Below, one piece after another: positions 31,717-40,768 of a DNA stretch of 64,000 bases; within the stretch, counting starts at the first letter, position 1, and every line of letters starts with the position of its first letter. The notes under the pieces are model-generated. The model was not told the origin of the DNA. It did no database searches and worked only from the letters and a program-made list of their open reading frames with translations. The stretch comes from Vulcanimicrobiota bacterium (GTDB taxonomy: Bacteria > Vulcanimicrobiota > Vulcanimicrobiia > Vulcanimicrobiales > Vulcanimicrobiaceae): contig CAWETW010000003.1 in assembly GCA_963812155.1 (NCBI GenBank), positions 160,001 through 224,000 on the forward strand. The letters are read 5' to 3'. The position numbers and the translations under genes were made by a program.

Positions 31717-31842
31717 GACCGCGGTAACGCCCCGTCTGGCTTAGGTCTCGCGGCGTATGGCCGGGTTTAGCGTAACTCCAAAGCTAACCAGGGTCATGTT
31801 GCCTCGTAGAGAAAGGTACCCCAATCACTTTCCTCAAAGGGG

Positions 31843-31862
31843 AAGGTGACCGCGGTTTACTT
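31843..31862. promoter_or_regulatory. Palindromic operator-like site upstream of the TauE pair
   Basis: AAGGTGAC-CGCG-GTTTACTT, preceded by a weaker box ending TCACTTT. Confidence 0.45.
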
Positions 31863-31922
31863 TGAGGGCATCGTCCTGCGTGATTGTAGCGCGGATATTG
31901 CCCTGAAGCGGAGAGGTACCTC

Positions 31923-32708
31923 GTGACTCTCACTATCGAGATCGTACTGGTTGGACTGGTCGTCGGGACGATCGTCGGGCTTACCGGCGTCGGCGGCGCG
32001 AGCATCATGACGCCGCTGCTCATTCTCGTTCTCAAGGTCAATCCGCTCGTCGCTGTCGGCTCCGATTTGCTGTACAGCGTTCCAACTAAGCTTTACGGCG
32101 CCTACCTGCACAACAAGCAGGGCACCGTCAACCCTGAGATCGTGAAGGCACTGCTTTTGGGCGGCCTGCCTGCGTCGCTGGTAGGCCTCGGGGTCCTCTT
32201 CTGGCTTCGGCACCACGTCGACGTCAAAGCGCTCGAGCTCACGACGCGGCACGCAATCGGATACGTCTTGTTCGTCGCCGCCGTCGTGATTCTGGTGCAG
32301 CCGTTCCTGTGGCGGCGCGCTCTCCCTACCGCGAACGCCGACTTCGAATGGCTCCCGGGACAGCGCGTTCGCGTCATCACGATCGGCGCAATCGTCGGCC
32401 TCATCGTCACGGCGACTTCGATCGGAAGCGGATCCGTGACACTGCCGTTGCTGTCGCTCTCGCTCCCGTTAGTCGGAATATCGACGCTGGTTGGCTCGGA
32501 CATCGCCTTTGCGGCGTTCTTGATTCCCGCCGCGGCGGCCGGGCGATGGAGCATGGGAGACGTGAACCTTCCGCTGGTTCTGAAGCTGCTCTGCGGATCG
32601 CTTCCCGGAGTCTATATCGGCAGCAAGCTGTGCGGCCGGCTGAGTCAGTCGTGGCTGCGGCCGATGGTTGCCGTGACGCTCGTTTTCGTCGGCACGCGTT
32701 TGATCTGA
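31923..32708 (+). CDS. Sulfite exporter TauE/SafE family protein
   Basis: GLTGVGGASIMTPLL, AVGSDL, TSIGSG, LVGSDI. Confidence 0.92.
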   Translation: MTLTIEIVLVGLVVGTIVGLTGVGGASIMTPLLILVLKVNPLVAVGSDLLYSVPTKLYGAYLHNKQGTVNPEIVKALLLGGLPASLVGLGVLFWLRHHVDVKALELTTRHAIGYVLFVAAVVILVQPFLWRRALPTANADFEWLPGQRVRVITIGAIVGLIVTATSIGSGSVTLPLLSLSLPLVGISTLVGSDIAFAAFLIPAAAAGRWSMGDVNLPLVLKLLCGSLPGVYIGSKLCGRLSQSWLRPMVAVTLVFVGTRLI

Positions 32709-32822
32709 ACGGCTCCCAGGGCTGGTAGGCGGACGGTCTGCCGGGAGACCGTTCCAACCGGCGCGAACCGTCCCAGGGCCTGAGCAGCGGCCAAAGGTCG
32801 TCGGGCGCGGCCTTGGAGTTAC

Positions 32823-33614
32823 GTGGAAGTGAAAGTCGACATCGAGCTCGTCCTCATCGGCTTAATCGTCGGGTTCCTCGTTGGTTTGACGGGTGTCGGC
32901 GGCGGAAGCATTATGACGCCGTTGCTCGTATCGGTCCTCAGAGTCAATCCGCTGACGGCAGTCGGAACCGATTTACTTTACAGCGTGCCGACGCGCCTAT
33001 ATGCCGCTTTCCTGCATCGTCAGCAGGGAACGGTGAACTCCCACATCGTGAAGGCCCTGCTTTTGGGCGGCTTGCCGTCTTCATTTGCCGGACTCGCGTT
33101 GCTCTTCTGGCTACGCCATCACGTCGACATCGTGCTCATCGAGTTATGGACGCGGCGCGCGATCGGCGTCACGCTGCTGCTGGCAGCGGCGATGATTCTT
33201 GCTCAGCCGTGGTTGAAGCGTCTCGAACTGCGCACGTGGACACCGGAGTTTGAGTGGAGGCCCCGCCAAAAGGCGAGGGTGATGACCATCGGCGCCGTCG
33301 TCGGTTTTATCGTAACGCTCACGTCCATCGGGAGCGGCGCGGTGACGCTTCCGCTTTTAGCGCTGGCGATGCCCCTCGTTGGATTGCCGGAATTAATCGG
33401 ATCCGATATTGCGTTCGCCGCATTTCTGATTCCGGCCGCGGCATTCGGCCGGTGGACGATGGGTGACGTCAACGTCGGTTTAGCCATGAGCCTGCTGATC
33501 GGATCTCTTCCGGGCGTGTATCTCGGAAGCAAACTCTGCCGGCGCCTGCACGCGCGCTGGCTGCGCCCCGCGGTCGCGGTGACGCTGCTGTTCGTCGGCG
33601 TTCGTCTTATCTAG
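32823..33614 (+). CDS. Sulfite exporter TauE/SafE family protein (tandem paralogue)
   Basis: GLTGVGGGSIMTPLL, AVGTDL, TSIGSG; colinear with the preceding gene. Confidence 0.92.
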   Translation: MEVKVDIELVLIGLIVGFLVGLTGVGGGSIMTPLLVSVLRVNPLTAVGTDLLYSVPTRLYAAFLHRQQGTVNSHIVKALLLGGLPSSFAGLALLFWLRHHVDIVLIELWTRRAIGVTLLLAAAMILAQPWLKRLELRTWTPEFEWRPRQKARVMTIGAVVGFIVTLTSIGSGAVTLPLLALAMPLVGLPELIGSDIAFAAFLIPAAAFGRWTMGDVNVGLAMSLLIGSLPGVYLGSKLCRRLHARWLRPAVAVTLLFVGVRLI

Positions 33615-33714
33615 CGAACCCCTTCTTCAGAGGTTCCGTCGCGACGTTCGAGTTTATAACGTGTGGGTAAGTACAGGTTTCTGTGGAGGCGTTGTGGAGC
33701 GTCCGTAAAGACGC

Positions 33715-33743
33715 TTGTACGCGGGTTTTTGCTTTGATACCAT
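33715..33743 (+). promoter_or_regulatory. Sigma70-type promoter
   Basis: TTGTAC, 17 nt, TACCAT with extended -10 TG. Confidence 0.65.
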
Positions 33744-33746
33744 GGT

Positions 33747-33950
33747 CGCACTTCCCGTTTCATTGGAAGTGCGGATTGTAAAGAGCCGCGGTCCACGCAC
33801 GTTAGCGGTCGGCGTGTAAAAGCGTCGATTCGGGTGCCTGGAGCGAACCGGACTCAGAAGACGTCAGTGAGAGATCGGAAACGTTCTCGCGCAGGTGGGG
33901 AAGAGCCGGAGAGGGCAAAGCCCGTAGCGCTACGCTGCGGGCTTTGTCGT
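33747..33950 (+). ncRNA. Structured ~200-nt non-coding RNA, raiA-motif-like (assignment tentative)
   Basis: Lies between a promoter and a terminator-like hairpin, with no credible ORF. Has several helices and the ordered blocks UCCACG, GAGC, AGAAG, AGUGAGAG, GAAAC, GCAGG, GUGGGG, AAGAGCC. Confidence 0.55.
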
Positions 33951-33952
33951 TC
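33914..33952 (+). terminator. Terminator-like hairpin
   Basis: ggcaaagcccgtagcg-cta-cgctgcgggctttgtc, 16-bp stem, weak U tract. Confidence 0.6.
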
Positions 33953-33972
33953 CGTGCGAAGAAGAACGTGCG

Positions 33973-35957
33973 ATGAACGGCCGGCGAAGCGTTGAACGCT
34001 CGCGGATCGAGCTTACGCTGCGCGGCCTCATACTCGGCGCAGCGATTACGCTGGTCTTTACCGCCGCAAACGTCTATCTCGGGCTGAAGGTCGGCCTCAC
34101 GTTCGCTTCAACGATTCCCGCCGCCGTCATATCGATGGGCGTGCTGCGCGCGTTCAAGAACGCGACGATCTTCGAAAATAACATCGTGCAGACGGTCGCG
34201 TCGGCAGCGGGCACGATCTCGGCCGTGATTTTCGTGTTGCCGGGATTGGTGATGGTCGGCTGGTGGAGCGGTTTTCCGTTTTGGGAATCCTTCGCGCTGT
34301 GTGCGATCGGCGGCACGCTCGGCGTCATGTACAGCGTTCCGTTGCGGCGCGCGCTCGTGACGGAGTCGGATCTTCCCTATCCCGAAGGCGTCGCCGCCGC
34401 CGAGGTGCTCAAGGTCGGCGTGGGCGGCGGCGAGGCGAGCGACTGGAGCACAACCGCCTCGGGCTGGTCGCCCTGGTGACGGGCTCGCTCGCATCCGCAG
34501 GCTTCGCAGCCATCGTTGCCACGCGGCTATTTGCGGCCGAGATTGCCGGCTACTTTCGCTCGGGTGCGGTGGCGACGGGATTCGGCTTTTCGTTTTCGCT
34601 CGCGCTCGTCGGCGCCGGTCATCTCATTGGTCTCTCCGTCGGCCTCGCAATCCTCACCGGCTTGATCGTTGCCTGGGGCATCGCGACGCCGCTGCTCACC
34701 GCGCTCCATCCGGTGGCAGGCCCGGCAGCTGCCGTCGCCACGTTCGTGTGGGCGCACCAGGTGCGATTCGTCGGCGCCGGCGCGATCGGCGTTGCGGCGC
34801 TTTGGACGTTGGGCCGCTTGGCGAAACCCGTGTGGGGCGGCGTTGCGTCGGCGATTGCCGCGTCGCGCCGCCGCTCCGGCGGCGACGAACTGCCGCGGAC
34901 CGAACGGGATTTGCCGATCGCGCTCGTGGGCATCATCGCGCTCGCGTGCCTCATTCCGCTCGCAGCCTTACTAGCGTTCTTTCTGCACGGCACTGCGCTG
35001 CAGTCGCAAGCCGTGCCGCTCGCGCTCGCTGCGGTCGCATACGTCGTCATCGTCGGTTTTCTGGTTGCGGCCGCGTGCGGGTATATGGCCGGCCTCATCG
35101 GTTCGTCGAACAGTCCGGTCTCCGGGCTGGCGATTTTGGCGGTCATCGGCGCGTCGCTCCTGCTCGTGATTTTCGGCGACCGTTCCACGCCGGCCGCGGC
35201 CTCGGCGCTCGTCGCGTTCGCGCTTTTCGTGACGGCTGTGCTCGTGTGCGTTGCAACGATCGCCAACGACAATTTGCAAGATCTCAAGACCGGCCAACTC
35301 GTCGACGCGACGCCGTGGCGTCAACAGGTCGCGCTCGTTTTCGGCGTCGGCATGGGCGCGATTGTCATTCCGCCGATTCTCGGATTGCTCAACCACGCGT
35401 ATGGATTCGCCGGCGCGCCGCATACCGGAACGGTCGCGCAGCCGCTGCCGGCGCCGCAAGCGACGCTCATTTCGGCGCTGGCCAAAGGCGTCATTCAAGG
35501 ACAGATCGATTGGCGGCTCATCGGCGCGGGAGCGCTGGTGGGGCTGGCCGCAGTCGCGCTGGACGAGCTCCTGCGCGTCACGACGCGGTTTCGTTTGCCG
35601 CCGCTGGCCATCGGTTTGGGCATTTACTTGCCGGCCTCGACGACGGCGCCGGTCGTTTTGGGCGCCGTGCTGGGCTGGTATTACAATCGCTGGTCGGATC
35701 GCAGCCGCAACGCCGCCAAAGCAAAGCAACTCGGCGTGCTGACGGCGTCGGGATTGATCGTCGGGGAGAGTCTCTTCGGAGTGCTGTTGGCCGGCTTGAT
35801 CGTCGTAACTAACCGCGCCGAGCCCCTCGGGCTAGCCGGCGACGCGTTCGCCGTGCCCGCAACCGTCATCGGAACGATTGCGTTCGTGCTGGCCGTCTTC
35901 GGTCTCTACGCCTTCACCGCCCGGCTGGGGACGGCTAACTCAAAAGCTTCGGAGTGA
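33973..35957 (+). CDS. OPT family oligopeptide transporter (frameshift near 34445)
   Basis: ELTLRG, YLGLKVGLTFASTIPAAVIS, ENNIVQT, LPYPEG; GSSNSPVSG, NDNLQDLKTG, APQATL. Confidence 0.93.
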
Positions 35958-36288
35958 TGCGAAACGCGCCGGTCGAGCAAATGTCGACGATTTCGTCGTT
36001 GCTGAGTCGCCGGAAATGGACGTTGCAGTATTCGAAGGGGTCACCGGCTTTTGTCTCATCGTAACGGGCCTGCGCCGCAGGGTTGAGCTGCGGGCGTTGC
36101 TGCACGGTCTGATTCTTGAAATTTACGCGATAAACGAGCGTCTCGCCGAAAAGAAAAATTTCGCCGCGGCCGTTGGCGTAACCGCCGTACACGGGCTCGG
36201 AGGGTTGGGGAACGAGCCGGTCCTTCGATTTCCGGCTCACGATGTCGAGCGTGGCCACGGGAGCCGCGGAAACGGTAAGTTGCGTCAT
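35935..36288 (-). CDS. Hypothetical protein (117 aa)
   Basis: Protein-like ORF with lower GC filling the gap between OPT and PPIase; no recognised motif. Confidence 0.45.
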   Translation of the reverse strand: MTQLTVSAAPVATLDIVSRKSKDRLVPQPSEPVYGGYANGRGEIFLFGETLVYRVNFKNQTVQQRPQLNPAAQARYDETKAGDPFEYCNVHFRRLSNDEIVDICSTGAFRITPKLLS

Positions 36289-36375
36289 GATGCACCCCAT
36301 ATAACGAGGGAATCGTCTCGATGGTTGCACTGGCCTCGAAAGGCTCCGAGCCCCGGGCGAAGCGAAGGGCAGTGC

Positions 36376-37047
36376 ATGTACCGCGTGTTTTTAACGAGCG
36401 TCTCGATTCTTGCGGCGCTGGCAATCCGGCCGTTGCCCGCCGCCGCCGACGCTTCTTTAACCAAACCGGCCGCGCTTACCGCCCAGGCGCCCGCACGTTA
36501 TAACGCCGTTTTCGACACGACGGCCGGTCGTTTCGTGGTGGCGGTGACCCGTTCGTGGGCACCGCGCGGTGCCGACCGTTTCTACAATCTGGTCAAACAC
36601 GGCTTCTTCAACGGAGCGGCGTTCTTCCGCGTCGTGCCGGGATTCGTCGTGCAGTTCGGCCTCAATCCGAGTCCGGCGGTCGACAAGGCGTGGAACTCGG
36701 CGAGCATCCCCGACGACCCGGTAAAACAGAGCAATCGCGCCGGGTACGTCAGCTTCGCGTCGGCCGGGCCGAACACGCGTACGACGCAAGTCTTCATCAA
36801 TTTCGGCGACAACTCGCGGCTCGATCGCATGGGGTTTGCGCCCTTCGGTAAGGTCGCTTCGGGCATGAACGTGGTCTTGAAGATTTACTCGGGGTACGGA
36901 GAACAGCCGAGCCAAGACGAGATCGGCGCCGAAGGCAAAGCCTATCTCGACAAGAGCTTCCCGAAGCTCGATCGCATCACGTCGGCGAAGATTGAGGCGG
37001 CCGCGTCCACGCCCTCGCCCCACCCCAAGCCCGCCCACACCCCGTAA
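36376..37047 (+). CDS. Secreted cyclophilin-type peptidyl-prolyl isomerase
   Basis: Signal peptide; WAPRGADRFYNL, FFRVVPGFVVQFG, AGPNTRTTQVFIN. Confidence 0.92.
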   Translation: MYRVFLTSVSILAALAIRPLPAAADASLTKPAALTAQAPARYNAVFDTTAGRFVVAVTRSWAPRGADRFYNLVKHGFFNGAAFFRVVPGFVVQFGLNPSPAVDKAWNSASIPDDPVKQSNRAGYVSFASAGPNTRTTQVFINFGDNSRLDRMGFAPFGKVASGMNVVLKIYSGYGEQPSQDEIGAEGKAYLDKSFPKLDRITSAKIEAAASTPSPHPKPAHTP

Positions 37048-37073
37048 ATGACCCAAGGAAGCAGAGCTTCCCG

Positions 37074-38417
37074 CTATTCCGTGTCGACCGGTAAATAAGA
37101 CGGGCGGCGGTGCAGGAAATACGATTTCGATCGCGCCGCCTGAATCGGCGTGAACCGTCGCGGCGGCTGGCTGAAATCGAACACGTCGACGATGCTCGTC
37201 GCTCGCTGATCGGTCGAACCGATGCGCGGCAGCTGCCAGTTGTCTTCCACGAACTTTAGGATGCTGCCGAACTCGTACTGCGTGTGCGAGACGTAGCCTT
37301 TCTTGGCGTAGGGCGAGATGACGAGCATCGGCACGCGGAATCCGAGGCCTTGAAAATCGAGCTGCGGCGGCGACACGTGGTCGTAGAATCCGCCCCAGTC
37401 GTCCCACACGACGATGATGGCACTGCTCTTCCACATCGGAGATTGGCCGATCGCGTTGACGACTTGCGCTACCCACGATGGTCCCCCGGTGACGCCGTGG
37501 CCGGGGTGGTCGGAGTTCTGGAAATCCGGAATCACCCACGACACGGCCGGAAGTTTGCCTTTCGAGATGTCCTTGAAAACGTTGGTTTCCGGGGACGAGA
37601 TGTTCGTATTCCACTCCGGGCCGTAACGGACGGCGCGGATCGCGTCGAAGGCGGTCCAAATGTCGCCGATCGTGGTGAACGGCGGCGCGTAGTATTTCCA
37701 CGAGATGGCGCCGGCGTCGAGCGAATCGCGCAGGGTCGGATAATCCAAACACGGGAACGGCCCGGCGCCTTTGAGCAAACGCCGCTGGTGCGTAAGCAGC
37801 GACGTTTTCGTATCGTGCGGCGCGTCGCAGCCCCAGGGCGTCTTCGTGGGATAGTTCGCCAGACTGCGGTAGCGGTTGATCGCCGTGCCGCCCGCGATGA
37901 GATCCTGGTGTCCGACGAAGCTTCCGCTGCTCTGCGTTTCGAACATGTGATCCGCAAGCACGTATCGTTGCGCCATCGTCCAGTACGGCTTGATGTCGGA
38001 CGGCCTGACGTACTGGTACGGGTAGAGATTCGCCTTGGGTCCCCCGCCGAGCGCGCCCATGTGAATCAAATCGAATCCGTCCATCCCGCCGTGGCGGTAT
38101 TCCTTGACGAACGCCTGCCAACGGTGATCCATGTCTTGGGCGATGAGGCCGGCTTCTTGCAGATCGACGATTTGACCGGTATGCGTCTTTCCGGTCGTGG
38201 TTCCGTCGGCACCGGGGTAGGTCGCAAAAAAATTATCGAAGCTGCGGTTCTCTTGGATCATGATGACGACGTGCTGCAACGGGCTCGCCACGTGCGGCGT
38301 CGGCGACGGACGATCGGCCGACGCAGGAACCAGAGGGGCGCCGCCTCCCGAACTGCCGCCCGAACATCCGGCGATAAAGAGCGCGAGGAGCGCTGCGCGA
38401 AGGAAACGGCGATGCAT
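37074..38417 (-). CDS. Phosphoesterase/phospholipase C family lipoprotein
   Basis: Lipobox IAGC; HVVIMIQENRSFDNFF, SDHP, WDDWGGFYDHV, GFRVPMLVISPY. Confidence 0.92.
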   Translation of the reverse strand: MHRRFLRAALLALFIAGCSGGSSGGGAPLVPASADRPSPTPHVASPLQHVVIMIQENRSFDNFFATYPGADGTTTGKTHTGQIVDLQEAGLIAQDMDHRWQAFVKEYRHGGMDGFDLIHMGALGGGPKANLYPYQYVRPSDIKPYWTMAQRYVLADHMFETQSSGSFVGHQDLIAGGTAINRYRSLANYPTKTPWGCDAPHDTKTSLLTHQRRLLKGAGPFPCLDYPTLRDSLDAGAISWKYYAPPFTTIGDIWTAFDAIRAVRYGPEWNTNISSPETNVFKDISKGKLPAVSWVIPDFQNSDHPGHGVTGGPSWVAQVVNAIGQSPMWKSSAIIVVWDDWGGFYDHVSPPQLDFQGLGFRVPMLVISPYAKKGYVSHTQYEFGSILKFVEDNWQLPRIGSTDQRATSIVDVFDFSQPPRRFTPIQAARSKSYFLHRRPSYLPVDTE

Positions 38418-38520
38418 GCGTGCGGAATACCGGCTACGCGCCGAGGCTTCCCTCCGCAAGTGAGGCAGCGCGCGGATTTCGCCGCGAATTTGTTCGGAAT
38501 AACGACTGGAGTTACTCATC

Positions 38521-39465
38521 ATGAATGCCTACGCCGAGTTTCGAAACCTGCATCGCAGCGACCACGTGTTGATGCTCCCAAACGCTTGGGATGCGGTTTC
38601 GGCGGCAATCTTCGCCGCTGCCGGCTCGAAAGCGATTGCGACGACCAGCGCCGGGCTCGCTTGGTCTCGCGGATATGCCGACGGTAATGCGTTGCCGCGC
38701 GCCAGCCTGCTATCTGCAGTGAGCGCCGTTTGCGCGGTGGCCGGTGAGAAGCCGGTGAGCGTGGATATCGAAGGCGGTTACTCCGATTCTCCCGACGACG
38801 TTGCGGATCTCGTCACGCACTTGTGCGGACTCGGCATCGCCGGCATCAATCTCGAAGACGGAAACGGCAGTCCCGAACTGCTGGCGGCAAAAATCGGCGC
38901 AATTAAACTCCGTTTGCGCCAAGCTGGTCTCGACGTTTTCGTCAACGCGCGGACCGACGTGTTCTTGCGCGAGCTCGTTTCCGGAGGCGAGGCGCTACGC
39001 GAAGCCATCTCGCGCGCAAAGCGTTACGAATCGGCCGGCGCCGACGGAATTTTCGTTCCCGATCTCAAGCAGCGCGATGCGATCCGCAGCATTGCCGAAG
39101 CGGTCGACCTCCCGCTCAACGTGCTGGCGGCGCCGAACCTGCCGCAGGCGCAGGAGCTGTACCATTTCGGCGTTCGCCGCATAAGCGCCGGCGCGTCGCT
39201 CGCCAAACTCGCGCTCGGTACCGCACGCGAAGCGGCCGAAACGTTTCTGCGCGACGGCCGCTGCGACGCGCTCTTCTCACCGGGCAGCGTCGACTACACC
39301 GAAACGAACGCGTTGCTGCGCGGCGGCCTTCCGGCGGAGTTCGCGCCCGCTTCAGCCCCGGCATTCGTTCCCGTTTCGCCGCGCACGCCGGCCCAGCCGC
39401 ACGAGCGTGCGCAGCACGACGACGTGTGGCGCGGTAACGTCTCACACGAAAACGCCTTCCGCTAG
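38521..39465 (+). CDS. Isocitrate lyase/PEP mutase family protein
   Basis: LPNAWDAVSA, ATTSAG, DIEGGY, GINLED, VNARTD, GADGIFVP. Confidence 0.92.
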   Translation: MNAYAEFRNLHRSDHVLMLPNAWDAVSAAIFAAAGSKAIATTSAGLAWSRGYADGNALPRASLLSAVSAVCAVAGEKPVSVDIEGGYSDSPDDVADLVTHLCGLGIAGINLEDGNGSPELLAAKIGAIKLRLRQAGLDVFVNARTDVFLRELVSGGEALREAISRAKRYESAGADGIFVPDLKQRDAIRSIAEAVDLPLNVLAAPNLPQAQELYHFGVRRISAGASLAKLALGTAREAAETFLRDGRCDALFSPGSVDYTETNALLRGGLPAEFAPASAPAFVPVSPRTPAQPHERAQHDDVWRGNVSHENAFR

Positions 39466-39655
39466 CGAAAGGGTTTACTTCACGACGAGTTTCATCGCGC
39501 GCATTGCTACTATAGCTCGGGGACCTACGAGCTGGACACGATCACCAATGGTCCTAAGCTCTTGCCAACTAACAAGTACAAATACGGTCAGGAGATCTGC
39601 ATTAATTCCACCTGCCAAGACTTCATCGGCGTCAACGTCCTACAGACCCATTAAA
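39407..39655 (+). pseudogene. Lower-GC 3' remnant of an unrelated, probably secreted, protein gene
   Basis: Start-less coding-like stretch ...SSGTYELDTITNGPKLLPTNKYKYGQEICINSTCQDFIGVNVLQTH* followed by a strong terminator. Confidence 0.4.
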
Positions 39656-39687
39656 CTGGCGCGCGCCCAGGCGTGCGTCTCGTTTGG

Positions 39688-39721
39688 AAAGGGGCTCGGG
39701 GAAACCCGAGCCCCTTTTTTT
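39688..39721 (+). terminator. Rho-independent terminator
   Basis: aaaggggctcggg-gaaa-cccgagcccc followed by T7. Confidence 0.9.
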
Positions 39722-39917
39722 CGTAACAAATAGGTACCGATATTCCGGCCAAACGCACCAGTCGCCGCACAACAGTAACGGCTCTAACCCGGACGCGGAC
39801 CGACAGGTGCTCGATATGTTGCCGTGAGGCGACCGCGTGCGCAGATCGTAAGTACGCTGCCGTCCGTCAAGAAAAGCGTTACATGCTCGCGCATCCGGCC
39901 ACCGGTATCTCCGGAAA

Positions 39918-40768
39918 TGACGCCACGGATAGTCTTTCCGACAATCTGCCGCGCCTCGCGGTATAACGCAGAAAACTGGTTCGGCGCCGGCTGCTTCCGA
40001 TCGCTATTGGCGACCGCGCGCCAAGCGCTTCAAGTGTCTGCTCGTTCCCACACCGGAGACGTTTCCGAGCCTTCTGCCGTCGAGAGAGCCGGCGACGTTC
40101 GCTCGCGAACTCGCGCTGCTCGCGCGACGAAAACGCGGCTTTCGCGAGGCGGTGCGCCGCTTTATCGGCGAGCCGGTCCTTACGCGTGCGGAGGTCACGG
40201 CCCGAGTGAGCGCGCGGTCGCTGGAACGCCTCCTCCGCGAAACGGCGGCGCGTGATTGCGACGACGCCTTGGCCGGCTTCTGCGATCTGCTCGACGCATT
40301 CTTCGAGCAATGCTTGGCATGGCATTGGGAGCACTTCGAGTCGGTGGCGCTACGCGATGCGCGAGCGCGCGAGCAACTGCTACAGCGCTTCGGCATCACG
40401 AAGGCGCGCCGCACGTAACGTTTCGCGTCTTGCGCACGGAGACCGTCGACGTGCGCATCGCCTATCCGAATGCGTCGCCGGCGCTCGCCGGCCATCGCAT
40501 CGATCGGCGCCAGGAAGCCGCCAAACGCCTCGCGGCGCTCTCCGATGCGACGCGCCTGCACATACTCGATCTGCTGGCCGTCCGCCGCCTCTCGACGCGG
40601 GAGTTCGCGGGAATGCTCGGCATTTCGGAATCCGGTGCCTCCCGCCACCTCTCGATTCTTCACTCGGCCGTACTCGTGTCGGCGGAGCGCGACAGCTATT
40701 TCGTGTTGTACGAACGAACGCCGCTCGCGACGAGTATGCTCGCGTTAGCGTTGTTGCAGTTCGAATAG
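39918..40768 (+). pseudogene. Disrupted ArsR-family regulator (DUF5937-like N-domain plus C-terminal HTH)
   Basis: LLDAFFEQCLAWHWEHF...RDARAR fragment ends in a stop. ALSDATRLHILDLL...GISESGASRHLSIL is in another frame. The middle region appears to be missing. Confidence 0.6.

Noticed and set aside
33747..33950. Cobalamin, T-box, SAM, tmRNA, RNase P or SRP identity for the intergenic RNA
   Set aside because: It has GGGAAG and GTGAGA fragments but lacks the core signatures I know for these families, such as CCCGCAACUG, UGGNACCGCG, AUCnAGAG and GAGGAAAGUCC.
39463..39655. Pyrrolysine or amber read-through of the PEP-mutase TAG into the open frame beyond
   Set aside because: No pyl genes are in view, the enzyme domain is already complete, and the composition shift fits a gene remnant better.
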